From assembly GCF_001447785.1 (NCBI RefSeq), contig NW_015165353.1, positions 1 through 64,000 of the forward strand: a DNA stretch of 64,000 bases. Direction: 5' to 3'. Below, piece after piece: positions 1-11,057 of the stretch (its first letter is position 1; every line of letters begins with the position of its first letter). This DNA comes from Gekko japonicus. Lineage: Eukaryota. A program made the position numbers and the translations under genes. The notes below the pieces were generated by a model. The model saw only the letters and a program-made list of their open reading frames with translations, made no database searches and was not told where the DNA came from.

Positions 1-631
1 ACTAGCTCAGCTTAGAGGGAACACTAGTCCTAATGGTCGCTGGAGTGAGAATCTCAGGGAGGATGGATTAATGGAGCAGAGTGTGGTCAAAGGCTGGAAT
101 GTAAACCCCATTTGAAAGACTGTGTATGTTGGAATGCCACTTGTTTGAAGTTCATGGTGGGGGCAGCAAGCGCCTTTTGTACATTGTTGGTCTCTCAGGA
201 GCATCTGGTTAGCCAGTATAGAATATGGAATGCTGAACTGGGTGGGTGCCAAGGCCATAGTTTATCTAGGGAGCCGAAAAACCTTGGGCCAGCCTTGGTT
301 TGGTCACTATTCCAACCAGGCCCAAAAGGTTGGGATCTGCTGATCTAGGAGACCATGGCACCATATGTGATAGCTGCAGAAAAGACAGCCTTTGAATCTT
401 TTGCTCTGTCTCTGTTTGGACTGATGTTTGTTTCAGTTTACTAGTCTGTGCCTGAAGAGAAGAAATGTAGTTCTCTTGCTGGTTGTTGTGCTGATTGACT
501 TTGAAACTGGGATTAGGGGAGATCTTCACTGGCAGAGAGCAACTAAATTCCCCAAGAATTAAGCAGCATTCCTAGCTTTACACCTACTCTAGAAATAGAG
601 TTGCCAGGTCCTTTGGCCACTGGTGGGGGAA

Positions 632-1226
632 AAAGTGCAGAAAAGGGCATCTCGAATGATAAAAGGGTTGGAACACTTTCCCTATGAGAAAGGTTAAGGC
701 GCTTAGGGCTCTTTATCTTGGAGAAACGACGACTGAGGTGTGACATGATTGAGGTTTATAAGATTATGCATGGGAAAGAGCAGGTAGAGAAAGAGGTACT
801 TTTCTCCCTTTCTCACAACACAAGAACTCGTGGGCACTCCATGAAATTGCTGAGCGGTCGAGTTAGAACGGATAAAAGGAAGTACTTCTTCACCCAAAGA
901 GTGATTAACACTTGGAATTCACTGCCACAGGAAGTGGTGGCGGCTACAAGCATGGACGGCTTCAAAAGGGAATTAGATAAGCATATGGAGCAGAGGTCCA
1001 TCAGTGGCTATTAGCCACAAGGTATAGATAGGGGCTCTGGGGCAAGTGATGCTCTGTCTTGTTGGTGCTCGGGGGGGGGGGTCAACAGTGGGAGGGCTTC
1101 TAATGTCCTGGCCCCACTGGTGGACCTCCTGATGGCACTGGTATTTCTGGCCACTGTGTGACACAGAGTGTTGGACTGGATGGGCCTTTGGCCTGATCCA
1201 ACTTTGGCATTTCTTATGTTCTTATG
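632..1226 (+). mobile_element. CR1 LINE 3' fragment
   Basis: ORF 718-1014 (EKRRLRCDMIEVYKIM...RTRGHSMKL...TWNSLPQEVV) matches the CR1 ORF2 C-terminus. Ends in a TCTTATGTTCTTATG tail. Confidence 0.9.
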
Positions 1227-1238
1227 GGGGATAGGGGG

Positions 1239-1425
1239 TAGGGTTGCCAGATCTAACTTGGGATACTCCTGGAGATTTGGGGGCGGAGCCTGGGGAGGAC
1301 AGGGACCTCAGTGGGGCACAATGCCATTTAGTCCACCCCCCAAAGCTTCAGTTTTCTCCAGGGGAACTGATCTCAGTAGTCTGGGGATGAGGTGGAATTT
1401 TGGGGGATCCCTAGGCCTCACCAGT
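1239..1425 (+). mobile_element. Fragment of a recurrent TAGGGTTGCCA-ended MITE-like repeat; other copies about 7636-7861 (-), 8846-9062, 18806-19020 and 24884-25490
   Basis: Shared TAGGGTTGCCA/TGGCAACCCTA ends and internal GGAGATTTGGGG...CCCTCCAAAGCA...CAGGGGAACTGATCTC sequence. Confidence 0.6.
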
Positions 1426-1506
1426 CCAAAAATTTGTAAATGGCTTTGTGTGACCATGCTGATCTTTGCTTAGTACTCTCAGGTGACTATTTAGAATAAT
1501 AACACT

Positions 1507-1790
1507 TTGGTGTAGTGGTTAAGTGTGCGGACTCTAATCTGGGAGAACTGGATTTGATTCCCCACTCCTCCACTTGCACCTGCTGGATGACCTTGGGCAA
1601 GCCATAGTTCTGTCAGAGATATTCTTGAAAAAGAGCAGTTTCTGTCAGAGCTCTCTCAGCCCCACCTACCTCACAGGGTGTCTGTTGTGGGGAGGGGAAG
1701 GGAAAGGAGTTTGTAAGCCGCTCTGAGACTCCTTTGGGTAGTGAAGGGCGGAGTGTAAATCCAATCTCTTCTTCTCTTCTTCTTCCTCTA
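1507..1790 (+). mobile_element. tRNA-derived SINE (Squam3/CORE-like)
   Basis: A-box-like TGGTGTAGTGG, B-box-like GATTTGATTCC, MIR-core-like CCTACCTCACAGGGTGTCTGTTGTG, and a (TTC)-rich tail. Confidence 0.75.
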
Positions 1791-2971
1791 ACAGTAACTT
1801 CCTTTAGTTTGCAAAATCTGAATATAGAATGAGGTTAACAGGAAACAGCCCTCAGGATTTTCTGCCTGTCTAAAATAGAAACCTGAGATTGGGATTTTGG
1901 CTTGACTGTGCAAATTACGTATTCACATGAATATACATGAAACTGCCTTATATTGAATCAGACAATTGGTTTGTTAAGGTGAGTATTGTCTACTCAGACT
2001 GGCAGTGGCTCTGCAGGGTTTCAGGCGGAGGTCTTCTTCATCTTCTTGTTCTTCTTTAATTAGCATTTTATTGTTTTAAACTGATAAGCATTACACATTA
2101 AAAAGCCAGTAAAATATAATCCAGCAATGAAAGCAAGTAATCAGTAACAATTTCTATGTCTATGTTTTCACAGGATTAGCATAGAATGGTCAGTATTAGG
2201 AGGGAATAACCTTTAACAAGAGTTACAAAAGGTGACTCATATCTGTAGATGTAGAGTTACAGAGACATCGTGAGGTGGAGGCCTTCTTGATTTGCAGCTG
2301 GAGGTTGTCCACCAGAGCAATAAATGCCATCTCAGCACCAAAACCAGTTCTGAAGCCAGGCTGAAATGTATCAAGGGCAGATAACCCTCACTCACGCACC
2401 GCACAGCTTTGCAAAAGCCACAGCGTGGACCATATGAACCTCCTGGGAGGGTCATGGACTCGTGGGAGGTCCATGTTGGTGGGATGGAATGGACTGGGCT
2501 CATGGACCACGAGCTGAGTCCTGGTCCATGGAAAAATTAGGTCCATGGTCCAGTTCACGCCCATCCCTAATTGTGACTAAGGAAGAATAAATCTGGCATA
2601 GAAGCTTCCCATATCTGCAGGGAAGATACCTGTAATGAAGCTGAATGACTGGCAAAAGGAATCTTTTGCTGCCACCGACTGCTTTTTTTGGTTAATAGAC
2701 TTGGATAACTATACTGACCATAATACCGAAATGATTTGCTTCTGCCTCCTTTTGTTATACATGCAATTTTCTAAGTAGATGTATTTTGGAGATTTGATGG
2801 TTTAACAACAAAATATAGTAACGATGGCTATTAATGTTAGCATTTGTAGTAAATATTAATAACCAATAATTTGTAGCGATTGCTTATAGAAAAGTTCAAG
2901 ACAGTTTGAATAAATTAGCAATCTATATGGTTATACTGTTTAAGACAATATGGTTTTGATTATGTAGCCAT

Positions 2972-5066
2972 ATGGGAAAGCTGTATAAAATGTTTCAACG
3001 CAGAACAACATTGGTGAAACTGAGAAATATGGCAGCAGGAACAAGATCAACTAAGAAAGATATCAGCTCAGAAGAGGACATAGACATAATTACTGAGAAG
3101 TTAGAGAAATCGCTTTCTCGACAAATCAAAACTCTTGCAACAGAGTTAAAACCCGAGAACAGAGGTTTATCATTAACTCAATTGCAATAAAACATCAAAG
3201 AAGACATACAAAAGATAAGGACTGAGATTTCATCTGGACTGCAAGAAATAAGCCAAAAAATTCAAGAAAACAAGTGAGACACTCATGAAATTAAGACAAA
3301 GCAGAAAGAATTTGAAGGTGAACAAGACAAAATTGAAGTAATACAACAAAACCAAGCAATCTCCTTGTAAGAAGCAAATCAAAGAATTAACATCTTGGAA
3401 ACAAAACTAAGAAATAACAATCTGTGATTTCACAGTGTCCCAGAATCCCTTCGTGACCCAGACTTAGAGAACAGATACAAGACAACCTGAAGGTACAAGG
3501 TGATTTCCTGGAAATTGAACAAATAGTTAGAATTAATTCAAAACATGCAAGTCAAAATAAATTACCATGAGATATTTCGGTCTTTTTTACCACCACCACC
3601 CAAATCAAAAGATACAATTCTATCACAACATAGGAAAGAACCACTCAAAATCAAAGAACAAGAAATACAAAGATTTCAATACCTTCTGCTGGACACAATC
3701 AAGAAAAGGAAATAATTTGGAAATCTGAAGCAAGTGCTCTAACAGAAAAATGTTGGAACATACCCTTTGCTGGAGAAATATTTTTGACAAAAGGCAAGAA
3801 AATAATAACAACAGTGGAGCAAGCTGAAGAATTCTTACAAGAATTGACAGCGAGTGACAGTGATCAAAGCTCAGGATCAAAAGATGCTTGGCCCTCATCT
3901 AGAGAAAAAAAGGGCCAATAAAGAAAAGAGGCAAGAAAAGAAAGGAAGAGAAGGGGGGAAATGAATGAATTCAAAATAATTTCTGTGAATTTGAAAGGAC
4001 TAAACTTGCTCTCTGAACTATCAAAAACTTTTAACCAATTAAAGAAATTCAAAGCAGACATACTATGCATCCAAGAAACCTACATTAAAAAGGATCAAGA
4101 ACATATATTAAATTGAAGAAGAGTGGATAAAGTGTATATTGCTTCTGCTCAAACTAAGAAAAAGTGTGTCACAATATATGTTAACAACCAAAGTTTGGAA
4201 GTCCTTGAATAATGAAAGGACCAGAATGGAAGATATCTGATTTTGAAGATCATCTTATGAGAAGGACAAATTTGGACAGTGGTGTCAAAATACTCACCAA
4301 TGTTGAAAATGTCAGAGCATAGATGAAACATTTTATCATATGTGGTGGACATGTAAGAAAGATGTGGTGGACATGAAAGAAAGCAAGTCAGTATTGGATC
4401 CATGAAGAAATACAAAATATATTAAAGCTTAAATTTGTGATGGACCCAGAAACACGTTATTAAACATTTTACCAAGTAGTATTACATGAATATACAGTGA
4501 ACTATTTAAATATATGGTAATGATGGCAAGTGTGACATTTGTGACTAAATGGAAGGCAGAAAAATGTCCAGAACTGATGGAATGGAAGAATAAATTAGTT
4601 GAGTATGTGACAATGGCAAAACTGACATCTTATTTCCATAATACACCAATTTCAGAATCCCAAGAAAAATGGAATGTATTTTTTAATTATATAGCTGAAA
4701 CTTAGGGTGTACCCATTGTTAAAGCGGAGAATGATTAAGAGACAGAGTCAGGCAATATACATTTGTAACAATGAAATGTTAAGAAGCAATGAAGAAAAGA
4801 ATAAAATTAAATAAAACTGAAAATTTAGAGCATATATAAATAAGTCATATGCAAGTAAGCAAGCTCTGATTGACAATTGCAATAAATAAACTATTGTAGT
4901 ATTGTAGTGTATGTATGACTTAGATATGGTATATGAAGTAGATGGTCATAGATTATTGTCCGTGTTCATGATTAAGATGATTGTGCATGTTATATGTATA
5001 ATTGTAGTAGTGTATTGTGTAATTTTTTAATTTGTAAAATAAAAAAAATCATTAGGAAAAAAGAAA
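2972..5066 (+). mobile_element. Degraded, internally deleted L1-clade LINE (ORF1, endonuclease start, ORF2 C-terminus, A-rich tail)
   Basis: ORF1-like coiled-coil then RNNNL*FHSVPE at about 3410. Endonuclease start FKIISVNLKGLN...KADILCIQET at 3961-4080. C-terminal KWKAEKCP...EW at 4514-4705. A-rich end at about 5040-5066. Confidence 0.75.
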
Positions 5067-5179
5067 GAGGGAATGCTCTGCAGGAGCTGTTATGAGTGAT
5101 TTGGCATACAGTGCCTCACAACTTTTAAAACCTGTTTCTGTCTTTTTTATCAGAAGAATTATCTTCCAGTAAAGACTTC

Positions 5180-5720
5180 ACCAAATCTGAGGGCAATGCC
5201 CCTAAATATCTGATAGCCTTTGATCCCATCTAGATCTCTGTAAGATTCATGTTTTATTTTTCAGTTCAGTTCATATATTAAGTCTTAAGCACTCCAGTTT
5301 ATCTAAACTGCTGTTCAAAATTCAAGCTAAATTCCTTTATCACTTCCACTACACTTACAAAGAAATCCTACTGGGCCTCTTTTCCTTAAAACTACATCAT
5401 CTGTATAAAGCATCTTTTCCATCTTACCTGAATGCTAATTCCTTGTATATTTGCTCTCTATATTATTTGTATTATTGAAACTTCTGTGCAAATTTTAAAC
5501 ATATTGTGTCTCAATGTAAGAGGATAAGCTTTTCCATAAGAGCCTTACAGTGGGTAATGCTATAAATTAAATCTATCTAATTTCTAAATCACTGACCAAA
5601 TCGAAATCTGAATAAAACCTTGTTTCAGAAACTCTATTCAGTCCTATCAAATGCCTTCTCAATATCTGCAAAATAGAATTTTTGATAAAATACTCAGCAG
5701 ACCAAGCTGTTATTTGAACA
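5180..5720 (-). mobile_element. L1-clade reverse transcriptase fragment
   Basis: The reverse complement of about 5642-5660 encodes EKAFDR in degraded RT context. Confidence 0.55.
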
Positions 5721-6574
5721 AAAATGGAAGTAGGTTATTTCCCCCCCCCCTTAACCCAATTCTGGAATTATGTATATTATTTTGAAGTTGCTTGTTATTC
5801 ATTTATTGTTTATTATTATAGGTTTCTAATAAAATATGAAGAGGAGCTAAGAGAAAATTAGGAACATCCAGGCACTGGGGCAAGTGCTTGTGGATTGTTC
5901 TTGTGGAAAAGTCTGGAAAGAGATAATATACAGGAATAGATGGCACTTGGAAATGGGTAGGGGTGAAGACAGGCATAGTAGGGAGAATTTACTATAAATA
6001 GCAACAAAAAGTGCTGGAATAGGTGTATATTCTGGGCAGGGTTGAAAGATGCATGAAGTGCTTTGTACTGAAGTATGCAGGGTGGGGCTGCTGTTTCTTT
6101 ACCTGAGATTGCTGCAAAGATATGTATAGTGGGAAAAGACATGAGTGATCCTCACAGGCAACGTTTGGGGAAAGGGGTGGTGATCAATTTTTTGCATATG
6201 TTTTCTCTTGGGGTGGGGACAATAGGATATTCAGGGCCTGGGGCATGGATATATAGTTGGGTAGGAATTATTCCACTAGAACACTCTTCTGCCTCTGATT
6301 TTTAACTGCAGTTCAATTGACAGTTGCATTTTATATGAACTGCTTTTTGAGGTTTTTAATATTTTATGTACTTTATTTATGCCTTGCCTTTCTTCTCAAT
6401 GGAAATCTAAAGCGGCTTACATTGTTCTCCTCTTCTTACCCTCACAACCACCCTTCAAGGTGGATTAGGCTGAATATGTTACTGACCTCAGGTCATCAGC
6501 AAGCTTCCATAGTAGGGATGGGCATGAGCCAGCTCATAAACTAAAGTTCATAACAAATTTTGGCCAGTTCATGA

Positions 6575-6780
6575 CAATGCTCCCTCTAAGCTGGGGAGTC
6601 TTGTGAGCAAAAATTCTACTTTCTGAGCTACTGGCTTTAAAGTTGTGAACCAGCGATTTGGCTACTACATAAATTAGTTTGCTCCGGAGCCATTTTTCCT
6701 GAGCTAAGACAAAAATGCGTGAGCCAGAGGCTAAAAAACTGTGAGCTAGCTCACATTAACTTAGCTTAGAGGGAACACTG
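6575..6780. mobile_element. hAT-type MITE (about 206 bp) nested in an older TAGGGATGGGCA-ended element
   Basis: TIRs CAATGCTCCCTCTAAGCT/AGCTTAGAGGGAACACTG and a degenerate 8-bp TSD (GTTCATGA/GTTCGTGG). Same family at 1-25, 31077 and 35109. Confidence 0.8.
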
Positions 6781-8087
6781 GTTCGTGGTTTGCGAAGTCA
6801 AGTTCATGACAGGTCAACCGGCATGAAATTTCCATGAACTTTGAAGCTGTTCATAGATGTTTGTTGCAGTTTGTGAACTGATACATTTCCAGACCGTTTC
6901 CGCTCAATCAAGATGTTTTAAAAAAACTTCAAAGCAAAGTTCAAAGCAAAGGGAAGTCGGACGTTTCCCTGTGAGTTTGGTGTCAGTGGCTTGTTCCTGA
7001 GACATTCCAAGTTCAGTAATCCTAGCATAACCACAAGCCAATGTGCCAAGCCAAACAGAACCAAAATCAAACCAGTGAATCTCTGCAGTGGAAACTGAAG
7101 GGGGGGCATTTTTTCAAGCCCAGTACAACCAGTTCAGTCTACAGAATGCCCAGCAGAATCCAGTACCACCATGAAAATGTAAGCTAAAGGACTGATGGAT
7201 CTCAAAGCACAGTGTCACAAGAAATCCAAGCATGGGGGGATTTTGCAAGCTCTGTGCAAGAAAATGGGAACACAAAGGAACGCTGGCCAAGGGGGAGCCC
7301 TCTTGAAACTGACAAGTGTTGTTCAGAAATAACAAGAGCCATGGAGAAACCCCGAGACAGAGAAAAAGAAAAGAACCTCCTGAACCTGTGGCTGTCTTCT
7401 CCCCAGAAAGCACTTTTCTAGGGACACTTTCTTTGGGAGGTTGAAAGTCCAATCTCATAAATCTAATCCTCACCAACTTGGAGGGCAAGTAGAGGAGAGT
7501 CAACTGGAGATCCACTGATACCCAGTCTGACAGATCTAAGCTGTTGGAGATCCACACACACTCCAAGCGCCATAAAGTTTAAACCCGACCTGCTATTTTT
7601 GTCCCCCAGGGCACCTTGGTTAACTGCAGCAGAGTCTAGGACCTCCAGATGGGACCTGGCGCTTCCCTGGAATTACCGCTCATTTCCAGACTGCAGAGAT
7701 CAGTTCCCCTGGAGAAAATAGATGCCTTGGAGGGTGGACTATGACATCAAAGTCCCTGTCCTCCCCAGGCTCTACCCCCAAATCTCCAGGAGTTTCCCAA
7801 TGTAGATCTGACAACCCTGCCCCCCCACACACCAGTGGCCAGGGGTGACCTGGCAACCCTAGCAGAGTCCCGCAACGAAGCAGCACGAGTGAAAGGTAAA
7901 AGCTCCCTTTCCATGAATGGGCAGAACCTTGCCACAGTTACTTCCACAGAGGGACACTAGCGACCTGAGAGTTGATTTAGATTGCAGTGAATGGAACCAT
8001 GACATTTCTGGCGGTCAGTCTGGGCCCACGACTGGATATGGGCTAGACACCAAAATTAACATTTGCATTCATTTAGGGGATAATTTA

Positions 8088-8477
8088 GCCGAGCGCAGAA
8101 TAATAGATTCTTTTGAACTATGGTGCTGGAGAAGACTCTTGAGAGTCCCTTGGACTGCAAGAAGATCAAATCAGTCAATCCTAAAAGAAATCAACCCTGA
8201 CTGTTCCCTGGGAGGCCAGAGAATGAAACTGAAGCTCAAATACTTTGGCCACCAAATGAGAAGGGAGCACTCCCTGGAGAAGACCCTGATGCTGGGAAAG
8301 ATTGAAGGTCAAAGAAGACAGGGATGGCAAAGGATGAGATGGTTAGACAGTGTCATAGATGCAACGAAAATGAAATTGAGCTAACTTCAGAGGATGGCGG
8401 AAGACAGGAGGGCCTGGTGGGATCTGGTCCATGGGGTCACGAAGAGTCGGACCCAAGTGTGCGACTGAACAACAAAA
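8088..8477 (+). mobile_element. RTE-BovB 3' fragment with intact tail
   Basis: ERRIIDSFELWCWRRLLRVPWTARRSNQSILKEI..., near-identical to 42290-42557. Ends in GACTGAACAACAA. Confidence 0.9.
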
Positions 8478-9331
8478 GGGGATAATTTCAACCTGAGCCT
8501 AATCTTATTTACTTTATCTGGGTCCTTTAAATTATTCTGGTTCTTTAATCATTCTATTTATAACAGGCTTTTGCATCTGTTTGGGTTCTTTATTATATCT
8601 GGTGTTCCTTTCCATTGATTTCAATGGGAAACACAGTTCTAATTTCAAGCTTTACTGTCTCAACTATCCAACGGGCATGAAATTCACCCTCTCCCAGAAT
8701 AGCCTCTGTGCCAAATTTCAGGCAGTGAGAGGGAAGTATTTCTGTTTTCTAGGCCATTTCTCTCTTGCAGAGCAGGCCAGATGAGTGTGTTCCCCTGAAT
8801 CCTGAAGTGTGTATGCATTTGTGTGGGTGGTGGTGGTGTGGGTAGGATTATCAGCTCTAGGTTGGGAAATACCTGGAGGTTTTTTGGGAGTGAAGCCTGG
8901 GGAGGTTAGAGTTGGGAAGGGGAGAGATCTCAAGTAGGATGTAATGCCATCGAATCCATCCTCCAAAGCAGCCATTTTCTCCATGGGAGCTGATCTTGGT
9001 CATCTGGAGATCAATTGTAATAGCTGGCAGTCAACAGGTGCCACCTGGAGACTGGCAGCCCTGGTGGGGGAGGTCTATTTATAAAATACTGGAGTGCACA
9101 GCAGAGTGAGTCTAAACTCTTTCTCCTCTGTGTGTGCTTAATTGCCCCCCCCCCCCAGCCAGGCTCCAATAGCAGGGTGGGAGGAAAATGCTGCAAGAAT
9201 TGAAGTCAGGCATAGGAGGAAGCAGGGCTTAGTTCCTCTCCATCTGTCCACAGTTTTGGTTTAAAAGCAAACAACACTACCACCCGCTTTTTTATACAAG
9301 AACCTCTTTCCAGGTTGCCTATATTCTTTCT

Positions 9332-9685
9332 TAAAGGTAAAAGTAAAGGTTCCCTTGCTCGAAAGCCAGTCGAGTCCGACTCTAGGGTTGCGGTGCTCAT
9401 CTCCGTTTCCAAGCCGAAAAGCCAGCGCTGTCCGAAGACATTTCCATGGTCATGTGGCTGGCATGACTAAACACCAAGGCACACGGAACGCTGTTACCTT
9501 CCCACCGAAGTGGTACCTATTTATCTACTTGCAATTTCTTGCTTTCGAACTGCTAGGTTGGCAGGAGCTGGAACTAGAGATGGGAGCTCACTCCGTCATG
9601 CGGCACACTCGGGTCTGGAACTGCTGAACTACCGACCTTCCACAGCCTGCAGTTCAGCGTCTTAACTACTTGAGCCACCGCAGCT
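9332..9685 (-). mobile_element. Sauria SINE
   Basis: Reverse complement has a tRNA-like head (GCTGCGGTGGCTCAAGTAGTTAAG) and an (ACCTTT)n tail. Matches copies at 14326 and 25531. Confidence 0.85.
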
Positions 9686-10820
9686 TACCAGGGCTAATAA
9701 CAGATGGAGCGAGATTTGTTTCAGAGAAATAGCACAGCTTCTTTTACATTAGACAGATCTCAGTAATCCTTACTTATCTCTCACGTAGAGGGACCTCAGA
9801 CCCTCCCTCATCAGAAATATGTCATGATTCATGCGGTCTGGTCCTGCCATTCATGGGGGGTGGGGATCGGATCAGATTTTTGTCTATTGAAGATATTAAG
9901 GAGTGCAGGAATATAAGCCAAAATTGGATAAATAGATTTATGAATGCGCAACTGTGCCACATAGGTGGATGAGATGGATGCCTAGCGAAATAAATGAATG
10001 GAGAAAGGGAAAAAATGTTCCACGCACATTCCTGTCCTTTGTCTCCATGGATATCCCACACTGCTCCCTCTGCACTTCCGTTTTACAAATAGGACATTTT
10101 CATAGTCTAAATGTTTTACTGAGATTTTTAGGATTCAGACCCTGTCTTTTTGTGTGTGTGTGTCTATATCTATATATTCATACTTTTGTAATGTTATTTA
10201 TACCAAGACTTTCTCTCCCAGTGGGGACCCAAAGCAGCTGACGTTGTTCTGTTCACTTCTGTTTTACCCTCATTAAAAACTGTGAGGCAGGATGAGCTGT
10301 GACTGGCCCAGGGTCACCCAGCGGGCTCCCACAGTAAACACGACTTCCCCAGATCCCAGACCGACAGACACTCTAAGCACACCATGCTGGCACTCACAGT
10401 ATGTTTAGCCTGCAACTCTTCTTTAGAAAACAGTCAAGGTGGCTCATAAGAAATAAGAACAAAGTAGCATAAAAAGTTAAGCCAGTTAACAGAGGCAATC
10501 TCCTATTAAAATACCAAAGAAAATGTAAACAGCATCGAGAACCATGGAGACAGGATGGAAAGCTAAATTAAAAACAGAGCTATTACTAGAAATCAACAGC
10601 AGAAATAACATAATAACTGTGGTCATCTAAAAAAAATCAATACATTTTGATGGGTCATCCAGGTTTTCTATACATAAGATTTTTATTTTTTACCTAAGAC
10701 ATGGATATAAGCCTTACGCAATAAAACCCTTTGCAATCTCTTATTCCAGAGGAATAGTCTGTGCTAATCAATGAAAGTAGAATCATTTGGAAAATGTACA
10801 GCTGCTATATTTTCCTTCAA

Positions 10821-10836
10821 GCACAAGGTGGTGCTG
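10821..10836 (+). promoter_or_regulatory. CSE / CTCF-type site of the A1 promoter
   Basis: GCACAAGGTGGTGCTG, 237 bp upstream of ATG 11058. Fits the CTCF core (CCAC.AG.TGGC) and the position of clustered-Pcdh CSEs. Confidence 0.7.
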
Positions 10837-11057
10837 TTGGCCAACAAAGCAAAAATGGTCACACAGTAACTTCTCCTTGAAAAATCTACAGCCATTAGAC
10901 AAAGCAGTATCAAGGAAACAGGCAGCAGCTCTGCATTGCTAGAGAACAGTAAAAAATGTTAGGAAGTCAAGAAGAAAACCCAAGGAAAGAAAGGGAACCA
11001 GGTGCTGTACAAAGAACTCCTTTGTGTTTCACTTCTGTTTTGGGGGAAGCTGCAAGA

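Larger units (their letters stand above)
360..1925 (+). pseudogene. Highly decayed B-type protocadherin-beta relic (signal peptide/EC1 and EC3 fragments) split by TEs
   Basis: About 410-550 reads SLFGLMFVSVY*SVPEE...LKLGLGE (paralogs: SLSGVVCVSIRYSLPEE...LKLGLGELSARRAQL). About 1440-1480 reads ALCDHADLCLVLS. About 1800-1925 reads FAKSEYRMRLTGNSPQD...DWDFG...QITYS (paralogs: FAQSEY.V.LKENSP.D...DLDFGSNAEITYS). Stops and frameshifts throughout. Confidence 0.7.

Noticed and set aside
9355-9627. Recurrent ORF MLESQS.PTLGLRCSSPF (also 14392, 25591, 56501)
   Set aside because: Chance antisense frame of Sauria SINE copies, not a gene family.
10956-11057. 34-aa N-terminal extension of the A1 ORF
   Set aside because: The signal peptide aligns with A2 from about MLNRQ (11058), and the upstream ATG is not conserved in A2.
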